The position numbers and the translations under genes are program-made. A stretch of 63,678 bases of DNA, the filler included, from Neoconidiobolus thromboides FSU 785 (lineage: Eukaryota; Fungi; Entomophthoromycota): assembly GCA_025603075.1 (NCBI GenBank). It is 4 parts of 4 records of this genome, joined end to end, with 100 filler letters (N's around TTAATTAATTAA, not from the genome) between each part and the next. Parts side by side here need not be neighbours in the genome. Positions count along the whole stretch, not along the records: positions 49,254 to 62,075 come from MU626629.1; positions 62,176 to 63,678 come from MU626955.1; 2 more parts are not named here. The stretch is one strand, 5' to 3'. Positions 49,464-63,587 of the stretch are shown piece by piece. The first letter of the stretch is position 1, and each line of letters opens with the position of its first letter. The notes beneath the pieces are model-generated. The model was given only the letters and a program-made list of their open reading frames with translations, did not search any database and was not told the origin of the DNA.

Positions 49464-49999
49464 GATAGTCTGAAGCCCTCAATTTTATATGCATTAGCAT
49501 TATATAGTTGATTTGACGCTAAGTCTCTGCCTCTTTCGTCTTTAAATTTAAACTCAAGTTTATATGATACTCTAGATTAAAGTGTCATATAATAATGAGT
49601 TTTTTTTAGCTGTTATTTGATAAAGTAAAGTTAGCTACTTACATTATAAGCTCTATTATTATTTGTGATTTTATTTTATGCTACTTTAGCTATTTTTCAG
49701 TTAATTGATCTCAGTTACAAAAAACTTAACATCATAATTTGTATTCCATTTACAATATCTTTACAGAAATGCATTTGACTTCTCATTTAAATTTGATAAG
49801 TTAAACTTATTTGAGAATTAAAATCATTTGTTTTTGTTTAGTTTTATTTCAATAAACTAGTAAAATATCGAAGGGTCTGATATTTCTAAACGGCCAATCG
49901 ATAAAGTTTGCAGCTGAATAAGTCAAACATTCAATGGATTTAACTTGGAAACTGTCAATCTCTTAAGCTTTTTTAAAGGCAACAATATAATTAATCTAA

Positions 50000-52790
50000 A
50001 TGATGTACTAATCATTTATAGAAAACGACGTAGACAGGAGTATACTTTTAGATTTAAATAATGAATCACTAAAAGAAGAATTTAATATAAGTTCTTCTGA
50101 AAAAAGACAAAAGATAGTCAAGAGTATAGCCAAGTTAAAAGAAAATATATGTAAGATATTAAATTAATGAAATATTTACCTGATTTTTTTAGATAGTGTT
50201 ACTGAAAAAAAATCAGGAATTGTCCCTCAAAATGTTGAAAATGAAGCACTTATCAATGGTACTTACAATAAGTTACTAGGCAAGGAATTTCAAATCAATA
50301 AATTTCAGTTAATTTATTAAAGCCTATAGTGGTCTTCAACTTCAGCAAAGCTTATAAATAGACAATATGCCTTTACAAAATTCTGGAGTAGCATCTGAAT
50401 CAAACCAGTACGACATTCACTAAACGTTTCAACCACTCTTTAATGGCGCCGTGCTTGATAAAAGTGACCCAGAAAACCTAAATATCCATTATTCATTAGA
50501 AATCTAAATCACTTCAATTAAGGCAGTTAAGGACGCCCAGGATTTATTTTTACTAAAAGATAAAGATATAGCAGCTGAAGCAACTGAAATAAAAGATCAA
50601 TCTCCGCCTTAAGAAGAGATAACACCAAGTGAAGAAGATACTATAATCAATCGAGGTTATTCAATTTTAACTAATAAATCATTAATAGCGCACTACTCAC
50701 AGAAAATCAAGGAAGTAGTTTAAGTATTAGGCATAGTATAAACAGAGGCTCAATAAAAAATATCAATAATCATTCAAGCCTTATTCAAGGTTACTAAAAT
50801 AGCTCTAGCTCAAGATCTGATGAATTCATAAATCATGAAATTATAGAGGTCAAAATAAAGACCAAATCGAAAATAAAGCATTGATAATATTTTTTACTTT
50901 CTTTTTAATTTAATTGTGTGATCAAGGGATTCTTATTGTAGTAATAATAGAGAGGAAAATAGCAAAAAAACGAGTTTGCCATCAGAAGGAAAGTTTTGTA
51001 TTGGTATTAATAGCACTGGATATGAAAAGGGGATACTTGAAGATTTCTTCTCTCCTAGTCATTTAGACTTTGACAATAGTAATATATTTGAGTTTGAATC
51101 AGATAAAAGTAATGGCTCTTCTATTTCATTTATTTTTTTATTTTTTATTTTTTATTATTAGGAAGTAAAAGTAAAAGGAGTAATCAAGCACCTTCTTCTA
51201 GTCATAAACCAGTGGTAACTACTGATGAAAGTATTGTTTATTTACGCTGTGGTGGTTTATTGGCTTCGAGACGTAAATCATATATGCTATATGATAATGA
51301 AATATCGAAGTTCTGTTATAGAATTAAAAACTTCACAGTCTCAAAAGCAAGATTTTCTATAAAGCCAATAAATAAAAATAAAAAATTATTGCTAGTTATT
51401 TGGGATGATTTTATGCGTCAAATGACTTCAGAGCATAACCCAGAAGAAAAGTTGAAAAAAGAGGAGAAAAAGAATTTATTAAAACATGTATCTAGATTTA
51501 AAAAAATACTACTTTGATAATAATGGTCCAAATAAAAACAAAGGTCTAATAGTGTTAGAAGAGCCAAAAGACGCGAGCTTATTGCGGTATATAGTATCGA
51601 CAAAGCTAGACAGATTCAAAGTGAGGATAACAGAAAGGAGATGAATATCGAAGTTATCAAGAAAATTTAAATAGAAAATAATAACAATATAAACCACCAG
51701 TTTATTATCAATGCTGGTTATAAAACGAAAAATACTTTCAAATAATACCAAAAGAATTCAAAGTACTTAATAGAAACGAATTCAAAGACAATAATTATGT
51801 TATTCAAAAATATTAAATAAATGTGCGAGTAAAATTGTTGATATCAAAGTCAAGACAAGCTTAAATAAAAACGCTACAGATAACAATACTCATCCATCCT
51901 GTATAGTATTTATCTTCAATCAAGTTTGGTTTTTTATTATCACTGCTAGTGTTGATTATTTTATAGAAGATGAAGGTATAATAATAAATAATGGTAAGTA
52001 TAAAATAGATATTATGAATCAGTTATTTTTTAATTTTAGATATGAGAATGAGTAAAAAATGAGAAGGAAATAAAGAACTTCGAAATTATAAACGAACTGG
52101 TAACTATTAAACATAATCGTATAATCATATAATAAGTTATGTTAAATAGATGCTCGGCCAAGGCAAAAAGCTCAAAATCTATTGACTAAAAATAAGCTAA
52201 ATTTTTAATTTATTTTATATTTATTTATTGATATTATTTAAAAACAAACAATTCGATTAATGAAAGAGGAAGTTCAATGTCTAGTAATAGTAATCGATTA
52301 AAAGATATAAATATTGAAAGTCACCAAAGAAGAGGTAATATTAAACACGATAATATGATAATATGATATTAGTAAAATATTAAATAGACACCCAATCAAA
52401 AGAAGGAGATCAAATTTCATTGACTAGAGGTTAAATTGTTATTTAATTTTATTTATATATGTGTTTTTTTGGTTTCATTACCTCTTCCATCTTTTAAGCA
52501 CCATTTGAGTGGAAAAATTGCTAGTAGAATTCTTAAACACAAAAATACATCTCCATACATTTATTATTTGAAGAATAGATAACTCAGTTAACATGACAAG
52601 AAATATGATGTTAAGTAGTAGTAATAGATCAAAAGATCAATGTGAGTTGAGAAATATAGCTTATAAACCCGTTGCTATAGAGAACACCACAATCAAAAAT
52701 GATTTTAAGCCTAGAAATACCTCTACTAGAAGTGATTATGAATCTATAAGTAATAATGATAAACCACCTGTTTATAAAAGAATTAGATAA
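50000..52790 (+). pseudogene. Decayed coding-like region(s), identity unknown
   Basis: Protein-like frames repeatedly broken by stops (e.g. ...KKILL**WSK*KQRSNSVRR...), intron-like GT-AG segments, and a MITE in the middle. Confidence 0.35.
52456..52558 (-). mobile_element. MITE-like family copy
   Basis: Family core and one clear terminus. Confidence 0.75.
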
Positions 52791-52868
52791 ATATTGATGT
52801 TAAAGTATCCTAATGTATTATTTATATACCAATAAAATGGAATAAAAATGAATTAATATATTATTTAT

Positions 52869-53860
52869 TTAATTAATATTGTGTTTTTGATTAAATTTAT
52901 TTAATAAATTGATGCTATTTAATTCAACATTGCTATTGATTTTATTATTATTATTATTACTATTATTATGTTGATGTTGGTGGTGATTATTATATTCTTT
53001 TTTGTTTAAAAAATTTAAATGAAAAGCATTAAAAATTTCTTGATTAGTCAAAAATTTTAGAATTGGGTTTTTTAACAAATTAATACCAATAACATCTTCT
53101 TTAAAGCCTAAATTAGTAAATTGATTATTTGTAATTGAAGCTAAATTGGAAGTTAATATTTGATTTCTTAATTTGAATTTAATATTTTGTTGATTTTGTT
53201 GATGATTTATAAATAACAAATAATCGATTAACAAATCTTTTTCTCTTAGTTCATTTTCCATTTCTCTTCCATCTTTTCGCTTACTTTCTATTTTATTTAA
53301 ATCTCTTTTTTTAATATCTTCATTGAACTTACTCGCTAATGCTTTATAATACAAATTACTTTGTTCTAATTGATAATTACTAGCTCTTAATTGAATTAAT
53401 TGATATTCCAATTCTTCAATTTTATTATCTAATTTACTAACTTGTTCATTAACCTCTCCATTTTTAACTAATAATAACAATCGTGTTTTTAAATAAACTA
53501 AATCTTGTAAATTCAATTCATAACATTGATTTAAATACTTAAAATCCTTCAAAATAAGGTTTGGTAACTCTTTAATTAATTTCTTCATTTCGTTAAATTG
53601 TTTCACATTTATACTTGAATTATCATTATCACTAATAGTAGCAGTATTAGTTGAAAAATCAAAAGAGGGTTCTAGATTACTAATAGTAGTGTTGATTAGA
53701 CTTTCTGTTTTATCTTGTAAACTAATAGAATTGTATTTATTATTAGAGCCACCAAAACTTCTAGAATCTAATATTTCACTACTATTAATTAAATTCATAT
53801 AAGGTAGCCGTGGATTAATACTATTTGTTGCACTAGCTATTAGTGGATTTAAATTGAGAC

Positions 53861-53933
<73 letters not shown>

Positions 53934-55259
53934 TAATTGATGGCTATTACTCTTATTGATATGATTATTAGTATATTGACTATAATTACTAGTATTATTA
54001 CTACTAACTGTATATTGACTATTAAAATGATAACCGTTAATGGGACTAAATTGATTACTATCTTCAAATTGATAACTTGGTTTACTACTATGTAAATTAT
54101 TATTAACAATGATACTATTATTACTCATTGTCATCTCATCTTTATTCTTCTTATTTTCCACTTCATTTTCAATACTCTCATTTAACTGAATAACTGATAT
54201 AGTAAATACATAATTTTCCTCCTGATATAATTGATAAACTAACAACATTTGTTTATTTTGATTAATTAAGTAAATACTAAAATCAAATAGACCATTTAGT
54301 TCAGCTAATAGTTGATTTGTTATTAACTCCCAATGTTTACCATTAAATTTCCATAAGTCATTTAAAGCATTATTATTATTATCTTTTCCACCTAATATAT
54401 AAATTTCATTATTTAAGTGAAACATTTGATGACTGTATCTTTGTTTAGGTCTGCTAATGCCCTCTCCTCCACTTTTTTCGTTATTGAGTTTATCATTACA
54501 ATCAAGTCCAATAATAGTTGCTTTTTTTGTTATTAAATTAATACACCATAAATCATTATAACAACATTTTCCATTATAACCACCAAATAAAAACAACTCT
54601 TTTTCTAAACTTAATAATAAACTACAATAAACTCTTTCTTTTGGTATATAATCTATTAATTCGATTTTTTTATAAACTTGTTGCTTTAAATTGATGTAAA
54701 TCAAATCGTTATAATATTGAGTGTTAAAATAACCTCCAAATAAATAAACGTTATAAGAATCATGAACACAAGTTTGTCCAAGTCGAGTTAATATACTTGG
54801 TTTTGAATATTGAAGCTCTTCCGATTCCGCAATGGTACTTTCGCTTTCTAAATCTTGTATATCATCTGTTGAGTTAGGGTTATTGTAATTATTTTTTAAA
54901 CATCCAGACTCTTCTTCTTGTATTTCCACCTCCACCTCTCCCTCTTCTTTTTCTTCCTCATATCTGAACTCTATTACTCTAAATCCTTGTGTAAAACTAA
55001 ATTCTATTATTTGATCATTATATTCTCCTATTGAATTGACAAACCCACCGAAGATGTAAATATGTTCATTATAATAAACAGATTGATTATAAGCTAGTTT
55101 TAAATCGGAATTAGGAATGGAGAGGATAGAAATGGTTTCACTTTTAATATCGTATTCATAAATAGTATCGGAGAAGGTATGATCGTTAAGTAAACCACCG
55201 ATTATTAAGAGTTTATTTTCATAACGGATACAATTGTATCCTTTGGTTGGGAGTTCCAT
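52869..55259 (-). CDS. Kelch-repeat protein with Asn-rich linker and C-terminal coiled coil (Tea1/Kel1-like architecture)
   Basis: Five or more kelch motifs (LLIIGG, IYIFGG, VYLFGG, LFLFGGYNG, IYILGG...NDLW), poly-N, then a heptad-rich region. Confidence 0.8.
53861..53933. repeat. (AAT)~24 microsatellite encoding poly-Asn
   Basis: Read directly from the sequence. Confidence 0.9.
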
Positions 55260-55540
55260 GGCGTTGGTAAATTAAAGATGAATTGACAAGACATTTGTTG
55301 ATTTTTTAACAACTTTTAGAAATTTATGTGGATGAATTAATTAGTGGTTCAAAAATAAATAATAATTCAGTTTTAAATGCAGTTGAAATTCATTAAATTT
55401 AGCATTGAATTGACTTTTTTAGTAGTATAAATTATAAAATTATAAAAATTCAAAATTTAATATAATAAAATACTTTACTTAATTTTATTTTTATTCATTC
55501 TATAATATATATTTATTAATAATTGATTAGCTTATTCTAT

Positions 55541-56169
55541 CTATTGACTATTATTATTTTTATTTAATAATAAATCATATAAAGAAGAATTAATTTGTTT
55601 TTGTTGTTGATAAGATTGATATAAATTTATAACATCTTTTTCTAGTAATTGTGTTTTTTCATTATTATTATCTAAAATATTATTCTCTTTTAATATTGTA
55701 GTATTAGTATTATATTCAAATTTATCTCCGTTTTCCTATAAATAAATAAGTATTAAACTATCAAGAAAAGTAATTGAAAATAATTAAAAACTTACTTCAA
55801 TTTCATTCATTACACTTTTATTAAAGAATCCGTTATATCCCATGTTTACATCATCAAGCTCTTTTTCTTCATTTAGTTGATTACAAAACCATTTTAGTTG
55901 TTGATCTCCTTCTTTATCTAAAGTTCTTTGGAATGAACTTAAAAAACTAATCAAATTATTTTTATTATTACTAAATTCATTAGTATGAAATTGATCGTTA
56001 GTAGCAATTAAATTTAATGAAGTTATACTTCCATTTAATTTATCATATTGTTGAATAATCTGTAAAGATTGAATATCTATAATTGTTATTAATCCTTTAA
56101 TATCCCCAATGATCAGTTTACTTCCCGTTAAATCATATTGAATTTTAACGATACTATTTCTATTAAAGA

Positions 56170-56208
<39 letters not shown>

Positions 56209-57175
56209 AACTTACCCATTCCCTTTAATAATATGTTGATTCATTTCATTATTCCCTTCAATAGAAATCACTTTTTGATCCATTCTATTACTTTTCTCTA
56301 TATTTTCTTCTCTATATTTATTTTCATACAATTCCAACTTATAAACATTACCATCTTCCCCACCTATAAAAATAGTAGTTTGTTTTTTATCTAAACAAAT
56401 ACAATTAATTGCAGTTGATAATAAAAAAGTAGTTAATAATTGGCCTGTAGCTAGATCATAAATATTAACACTTTGATCTTTGGAACATGTGATAACCTTA
56501 GTTCGTTGATTATAACAACTAATAACAATATCTGTAATTAATAAACTGTGATCTGTCCATCGATGTAATGGTTTAATTACGCTTGAATTTTTAGGATTAA
56601 ATAATCTATTATTATAATTAATTATGACTTTAGATTTCATTCATCATTATAAAATTAAAAAATAGTTACTCTGCTATTCTCCAGACATTAACACTCGCAT
56701 CTTCACTTGCTGATATTAAACAAGTATTATCCTTATCAAATTTCAATACATTCACTGGCTTGTAATGAGCTTCAAAAACTTGTTTTAACACACCAGAATT
56801 TAAATCCCAAATATAAATCTTTCCAGATACACTACCCATAATACAATACGAGCAATTATTGGAATTCATTACTTCAACGCTACACATTTTCTCAACTAAC
56901 GGAAATTTTAGATATGTGGTGTCCTTATCAATCCCATAGATATTTAAAAGTGGTCGATCTTGTTGCAAACTTAGGATTAAATAATTGGAAGGATAATTGG
57001 AAGTGGAAGAATTGAGTGTGGAGATGGATAATCTCTGATGATATAATTCATTGCTATTGAGAGATATGGATTGATGATTATTACCTTTAAGGTTTAATTG
57101 ATCACGTTGGTTGAGTAAATCAATCCCAAGGATGAAGCTATCTTCAGTACTCGTGATAAGGATTGTTTGTTCCAT
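55541..57175 (-). CDS. IPI3: WD40 protein Ipi3/WDR18 (Rix1 complex), 4 exons
   Basis: GS.SGKIYIWDL.SG.L...FEAHYK.V..L.F......LISASED..V.VW, H...ITD, and a C-terminal coiled segment; TAG at 55541-55543. Confidence 0.8.
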
Positions 57176-58127
57176 TTTTTTTGTAATTGAATTGATGGGG
57201 CTGGAATTAGAAATAAGTGAAAAATTCAGTTTTTAGAAGTTTTTGAATTGGTCAACCTTTTTTAGTATAAAAGTTCTTTTTGATAGAGAATGTCAATTTT
57301 AGTTTTAAATTGGTGGATTTCTGGCTCAAAAAATATAGAATTATGTATTTTACTTTTTTTAGTAAAAAAAGTAAAAAGTTAATGGTTGCAGCAGTAGGAC
57401 CTATTGAATACTAAAAATTCATTATATTTTTACCTAAAAAGAATTCGATTATTGCAGTCCAATATTCTTAAGATTTTACATTAGATAAAAACAAAAGTCG
57501 ATTTTGAAGTAACAGATTAGTAGAAACATCATGTAACGTTTTAAATTGGATCATTTTTGTTATAATTATTGTTTTGATAATAATACTATTATAATATTTA
57601 CTATTTATTAATAAATTTGTAAGTTTATTTTTTAGAATGAAATGAATTTTATTATCTTATCTATTAAATAAATCAACATATTAACATAAATGAAGAATTG
57701 ATAATCATAAATCATTCATAATCACATTATCATTTTTGAATAGGTAATAGATAGCACAACTGAATTTTAATTGGCTCAAAACTTTAATGATGAAAATTTT
57801 TTAAATTTTTAAATTTTATTAATAGTTAGTAACAAATTTCATTATAAAGAAACAAAAAGTTGTTTAAAAGTTGAGGATTTAAAGGGGTTTACCAATTAAA
57901 GAGTGGTAACATGAGCTAAAGATTTCATACTTATCTTCAGTAAGTTTTGATTAGTTCTTAATTAGATAAAGATGAGAAATTTTTCAAAATTTGATAGCGT
58001 GAGAATTATTACATAGCTAATGTTTTAAAAAAAAATTGAAAAGGAGAATATAAAAACAGAAACCTATTCCTTTACTTTGATTTTTTTTTTAAAATAAAAA
58101 ATAAATTATTAAATCAATTGAAAAAAA

Positions 58128-59792
58128 ATGGCCTCCTCATCATTAAGTTGGATTAATCAACTAGATTATAATATTCAACCTGAAAACACTCGCAAATCTT
58201 CAATTATTTGTACCATAGGTAATATTTCTTCATTATAATTTAGGTTAAAGCTATAATAACTCATAATTTATTTTTTTTTTCTATGATAGGTCCTAAAACT
58301 AACAATGTTGAAATGATTAGTAAATTGAGAGATGCTGGTATGAATATTGCTCGAATGAATTTTTCTCATGGTTCTTATGAGGTAATCTAAATAATCTATA
58401 CTTTTAATAACAGTGTATTAAACCCAATATTTTCCCAATACATAGTACCATGCTAGTGTAATTCAAAATGTACGTAGCAGTGAAAAATTACATCCAGGAC
58501 GTTGTGTAGCTATTGCCTTAGATACCAAAGGACCCGAAATTCGTACTGGTTTAATGTTAAATGATCAAGAGATCCCAATCATGGCAGGGCAAGAAATATT
58601 ATTTACTACACGTGATGAATATAAAGAAGCTTCTACCATTGAACGTTATTATGTTGATTATAAAAATATTGTCAAAGTATTACAAGTTGGCAAAATTATT
58701 TATGTAGATGATGGTATACTTTCATTTGAAGTATTAGCTATTGAAGACGATGAAGTACGTGCTAAAGCATTAAACAATGGTAAATTAGCTAGTAGAAAAG
58801 GAGTTAATTTACCAGGTACCGATGTGGATTTACCAGCCTTATCTGAAAAAGATAAAAATGATTTAAAATTTGGTGTGGAACAAGGAGTAGATATGATCTT
58901 TGCTTCATTTATTCGTACTGGTCAAGATATTTTACATATCCGTGAAGTATTAGGAGAAAAAGGTAAACATATTAAAATTATAGCTAAAATTGAGAATCAG
59001 CAAGGGGTCAATAATTTTGATGAAATATTAAAGGAGACGGATGGTGTGATGGTAGCACGAGGTGATCTAGGTATTGAAATACCACCAAGTAGAGTATTTA
59101 TTGCACAAAAATCCATGATTGCTCGTTGTAATATAGCTGGTAAACCAGTCATCTGTGCTACTCAAATGTTAGAATCTATGACTAATAATCCACGTCCAAC
59201 ACGTGCTGAAGTATCGGACGTAGCTAATGCTATTTTAGATGGGGCTGACTGTGTTATGTTATCTGGTGAGACTGCCAAAGGTAGTTATCCTATTGAATCT
59301 GTAGATATGATGCATCATGTTACCGCACTCGCTGAATCCGTTATTAGTTATACTACTTTATTTAATGAATTACGAGAATTATCTAATAACTCTCATTCGA
59401 TTGCTGATGCCACTTGTTCATCTGCCGTCAACGCTTCCTTTGATAAAAACTGTAGTGCCATTTTAGTACTTACTACATCTGGTACCAGTGCTCGATTAGT
59501 AGCTAAATATCGTCCTAGAGTGCCTATCATTACTATTACCAGAGATCCAGCTACTTCTAGACAAGTGCATCTTTATCGTGGATGTTATCCATTTTTATAT
59601 GAAACTCCTAAACCATCCATTCAAGACAATACTGGAGAAGTCTGGCAACAAGATGTTGAAAATCGAATTCAGTGGGGTATTAATAAAGGGATTGAATTAG
59701 GATGTATCAAAAAAGGTAGCACTGTTATCTGTTTACAAGGTTGGCGTGGTGGCTTAGGTAATACTAATACCATGCGTATATTGTATGCTTAA
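58128..59792 (+). CDS. PYK1: Pyruvate kinase, 3 exons
   Basis: [61 protein letters not shown]; introns 58219-58289 and 58382-58445. Confidence 0.98.
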
Positions 59793-59885
59793 GCAATAAG
59801 AGATTTTTTAAATATTATAAATGAATATAGTCACATATTATAAAAAATAATACTTTTTTATAATTTCAAGTTTTTTATTCTTTTA

Positions 59886-61102
59886 TTATTTATCTTTTAA
59901 TATATTTGAGGTTAAAGTAGAGAGTAATATAGGATCTAAATGTTGTAATTTTCGATAGATTATCATAGAGGATAAAGCATCTTCTATCTACAATCAACAT
60001 TAAAATAGGAATAATACAATAATAGAATCTAATTACCGAAGAATGTACACTTTGTTGTATAACAATATTATAAAAACTAAATAATAATTGTTTTAAAGAA
60101 GTATTAATATTATTATTTAATTTTAATAAATTAATATCTTTTAAAGTATCTCGTAATAGATCGGGACTATGTGTTAGATTTAAACACTATTTAATAAAAA
60201 AAATAAATGAATATTCTAAAATTTAAATTGATTGCATGATATTTGAGTAAAAGTTTACCTCCAAATCATTATCCAAACCATGCCCAACTAATATTTTGTT
60301 TTTTATTAAACTTTGAACTTTATCTGATATTTGCTTTTTTGATGGTGCTAAAATAAAAAAAGTTATTAGCACTACTAATCAACAATTCAACTTCAACAAT
60401 ACTAAACACTCATTTAAAAGAAAAATTCTAGCTATCAATTCTAACTCACCATTGATCAAATCTTTTTTTTTAATTCCTGTTATTTGATATCGATAATCTG
60501 TAATTTCATTTTCACTTTTAACAAAAGTATCTAATACTATTTTACCACTATAATTGACTATTGTTACTCGTGCTAATTCTTGGCATTGACCTTTATTTCC
60601 ACTACCTACCATTTCACAATCTAAGGCTAAGGCTGAAAAAGAAGAGCTAAAAACAAATAAAAAAGGAAGTGTTAGTGCGAAGATAGTAGAAGAATAAAGA
60701 GTTTACTTAGTTTGGTGTTTTTGTGCTACATTTTTAGATTTTAATATTAAATTTAATTGCTCTAAATTTGATCGAGTAGAAATTCTATAAAATAATATAA
60801 CGTTAGTAATCAAAATAAAATATCTATTTGTAAGATTATTGAGTTTACCCTTTAGTTACTATTTTCTTGGCTAATTCATTTTTGGTTAATAGATACCGTT
60901 GATTATATTTTAATTTATCTAATTGCTTTTAAATGATGTATTAATTAGAATTATCTTTGAATGTTTCTTAGTGTAAATTACCATTCGTAAGCTCTCAAAG
61001 TTATCATGATCTCTGATCTTAATTGTTAGTTATTATTATCATCTATTAGCTTTTAATTAAATTTACTTTAGTTTGTCTCATTTTAGTAATGGTTACCATC
61101 AT
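59886..61102 (-). CDS. REX4: DEDDh RNA exonuclease, REX4-like, many short exons; start uncertain
   Basis: ALDCEMVG...LARVTIVNY.G..VLD.FVK....ITDYR..ITG, ILVGHGLDNDLE, LRDT, H.S.EDA...M.IY. Confidence 0.75.
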
Positions 61103-61445
61103 ATCCTTTTTCGCTGTATTTTTTAATATACTTGTAGAATCATTACATCTTATCGAGTTTAACATAGTTGTTTTAATGTTCTAAGCAGAGATAAATAGGT
61201 AAAAATGGTTAAACTGTGTTATTTTATAAGATTCAGTATTACTTTTTTTAGATGTTGAAGTTGACTCATTGTTTTATAGAAAACCAAAGTTGAAAATGAG
61301 TATTTTTCAAAAATTGAAATTATTCTTTTTGATTACTATTTTCATTTTTGATAATCGTTTTATTGGTTGGTTTAAAAAATCAGGGTAAAATCCAAAATAG
61401 TTGAAAAATTCTGTTTTTTTAATTAGCTAACAGTTTTTTCTAAAT

Positions 61446-61550
61446 TATACAGGGATGTTTTTTTGTTTAAGAATTTTGCTGATAAGATTTCTGCTCAAAT
61501 AATGCTCAAAAAATGGAAAAAGTAGTGAAACCAAAAAAAACATTATTATA
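61446..61550 (+). mobile_element. MITE-like family copy
   Basis: Family core. Confidence 0.75.
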
Positions 61551-61960
61551 TAATACAAAAAAGTGAATATAATATCAAAATATAAAAACTGTATTTTTTT
61601 AAAGTCTAAAACTATGAAAGTTACATATTTTATCAAAGTAAAGTAACTAAAAAGTATTTAACAAAAAAAGCTAAAAAGTTCATAAAAAACAATTATTACA
61701 TAAATAAATAAAAACATTTATTATAAATTTCTATATTAAAAGATATTTAAAAAAAAAAGCAGATGACAGTGGGTTGAATTTGATTTCTAATAAAAATTTA
61801 TAACTAAATAATAAAAATAATAAAACAAGCTATTATTTATATCATATATACAAATTTTTTTTAACAATTTTTTTAAAAAATTATCAAGTTTAAAATTTGT
61901 CATTTAAAAAATAAAAAATAAATATTTAAGTACTTTTTGTCATAAAAATTGAATATATGG

Positions 61961-62075
61961 TGTGAAATCTGGTACTCAGGGTTTGGAGTCAAGAACAGTT
62001 GTTGCTGGGTTGACTACACTATAAGTCGAAAGGTCTTAGTTTATGTGACTAAGATAGACTTGGATTATGAGGAAT
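61961..62075. mobile_element. Terminus of the TGTGAAAT element family, cut by the contig end
   Basis: Matches 46864-46978 (reverse complement) and both arms of 37197-37277. Confidence 0.7.
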
Positions 62076-62175
62076 NNNNNNNNNNNNNNNNNNNNNNNNN
62101 NNNNNNNNNNNNNNNNNNNTTAATTAATTAANNNNNNNNNNNNNNNNNNNNNNNNNNNNNNNNNNNNNNNNNNNN
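62076..62175. other. Artificial 100-nt contig spacer
   Basis: 44 N + TTAATTAATTAA + 44 N. Confidence 0.9.
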
Positions 62176-62217
62176 TTTTTTTATTAAATCTTGATGAAAT
62201 AGTTGAATCATTTAGTA

Positions 62218-62322
62218 AACGGGGATGTATTTTTGTGATTAAGAATTTTACTAACAACTTTTCCGCTTAAATAGACTTAAAAGATAGAGAAAGTAATGAA
62301 GCCAAAAAAAACACTCTCATAT
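62218..62322 (+). mobile_element. MITE-like family copy
   Basis: Family core and termini. Confidence 0.8.
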
Positions 62323-62811
62323 GTTTAATGTAAGTTAGAAAAACAGTTATTAATTTTAAAACAAAAATGGTGCTATGTTTATAAACTCAACTTTGATAAA
62401 GTTTTTAGCTTCTCAACCAAGCTTTTATATACTTTGTAGCTGACAGTATTAAATTTTTAAATCTATGAGTTAGTTAACTATTCGGCTGTACATATTAAGC
62501 AAGAATATTATTGTTATTGGAAATATGTATGAAAATAACATTAAAAAGTATCTATACTTTTTAAAATCTTAATAAATCAGGTTGATTTAAGGCTCTAATA
62601 TCTGGTTTAATTATAACGACAATTTAATCTTTTTTACTATTATTACTTATATTAGATTAATAGTTGTTAATGATATTTAAATAAATATTAAATACCTGCA
62701 AAATAAAGAACAAGCTGGTATTTTCTATAAAAAATAATTAATTAAATAGTAGATTTAAGGATTTGATTATATGGTAAAAAATATATAAAAGGTATAAAGC
62801 TACTGACTAGG

Positions 62812-62916
62812 ATATGGGAATGTATTTTTTCGTTTAAGAATTTTACTAACAAATTTTTCACTTAAATAGCGCTTAAAAAATGGGAAAGTAATGGAATCAA
62901 AAAAAACATCCCATAT
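62812..62916 (+). mobile_element. MITE-like family copy
   Basis: Family core and termini. Confidence 0.8.
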
Positions 62917-63006
62917 ATAGTTATAACTTTTTTTAAATTATCAAATCATGAGAAGTGATATTTTATTTACATTTCATTTTTTATAATTTAAAGATAATAA
63001 ACCTAA

Positions 63007-63111
63007 TATTTAGAGATGCGTTTTTGTGTTTAAAAATTTTAACTGATAATTTTTCTGCTCAAATAAGCACTTAAAAGGTAAAAGTGATAAACCCCAGAAA
63101 AACACCTAGAT
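63007..63111 (+). mobile_element. MITE-like family copy (degenerate)
   Basis: Diverged core. Confidence 0.6.
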
Positions 63112-63587
63112 TTATAAATATAAAAGTTTTTAAGTGATATTAGTAAATGAAATGGTATTGTTGATTTATTGATTTAGTTTTTTTAAAATTAGCTAAATTA
63201 GTAATTATTGGACACTCTATTTCAGCTTTTCATTATTCAAAAACTAATAACATAATTAAAAAAAAGCGAATAATCTTTTAGTAAAAATAAAAAAATCATT
63301 ATATAACATAATACAAGCTTTTAAAATGGCTTCTTTTATTCCACTATTTAACTTGTAAGTGCTTTATTTGTGATATTATATTGTGTAGCAAAAACACCAG
63401 TTTATTTATTTTCTATATATTGTGGAAATTAATGCAAATATATTTATAATATTTATTTAATCAAACTATAATTACATAAACAAATAAAGCTGATTTTTAT
63501 ATCAACTTACATATAAAAGAAGCTATTATTTAACAATCAGCAATAATTGCATAAACCAAAAATCTATACTTACTATATTCCTATATA

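Noticed and set aside
31814-62175. TTAATTAATTAA palindromes inside N runs
   Set aside because: The identical 44+12+44 layout marks artificial linkers; adjacency across them is not trusted.
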